64,000 nucleotides of DNA from Octopus sinensis (Eukaryota). The DNA lies in NCBI RefSeq assembly GCF_006345805.1, contig NC_042997.1, positions 86,676,001-86,740,000 on the forward strand, read 5' to 3'. The notes beneath the pieces were generated by a model. It saw nothing but the letters and a program-made list of their open reading frames with translations. It did no database searches and had not been told where the DNA came from. This document shows, in pieces, positions 63,701 to 64,000 of this stretch. Position 1 is the stretch's first letter; each line of letters opens with the position of its first letter. The position numbers and the translations under genes were made by a program.

Positions 63701-64000
63701 TACTGTTTCTTCAAGTCTTTTATGTATGTATGTATGTATGTATGTATGTATGTATGTATGTATGTATGTATGTATGTATGTATGTATGTATGTATGTCAT
63801 TCAGTTCTTGCCAATAGAGGAGTCGGTTTCTAACACCAGCCGGGTATTTTTGCATATATGTGTATATGTTATGTGCAGTATTCTGGAGTCAGTACATGTG
63901 CAGATTTGTATGTTTTGTTTTATGTATGTATTCTCATGCATATCGATGCATCTCGAAACATGTGCATATGTACTTAAATGATAAACTTCAGTAAAGTCTT

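Overview
AT-rich, microsatellite-dense animal genomic DNA. The repeat landscape (tRNA-derived SINEs, RTE LINEs with (GAT)n tails, (TA)n/(CA)n/(TATG)n tracts) is most consistent with an octopod cephalopod; this is inference, not a database result. Nearly all six-frame ORFs are spurious. The only recognisable host coding sequence is a first exon of a divergent CHMP4/Snf7 (ESCRT-III) gene on the minus strand (30554-30737). A second candidate minus-strand transcription start lies at ~26.7-27 kb, followed by a CpG-depleted, probably intronic region running off the left end. The rest is transposon-derived. It includes a young 5'-truncated RTE LINE with a PHD-type finger inside its RT region and a tandem hairpin array in its 3' UTR, a decayed Gypsy element with an intact 3' LTR, and Tc1 and mariner remnants. 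There are also two non-autonomous Helitrons (one carrying a piggyBac transposase fragment and nested in Tc1), Academ, Chapaev-like, L1/Tx1-like, R4-like and Penelope remnants, and several MITEs and foldbacks. The most notable unannotated signals are three or four minimal type-I hammerhead ribozyme motifs tied to Penelope-type repeats, the RTE 3'-UTR hairpin array, and long intronic inverted repeats that could form dsRNA. I found no convincing novel multi-gene system. Coordinates of decayed repeats are approximate.
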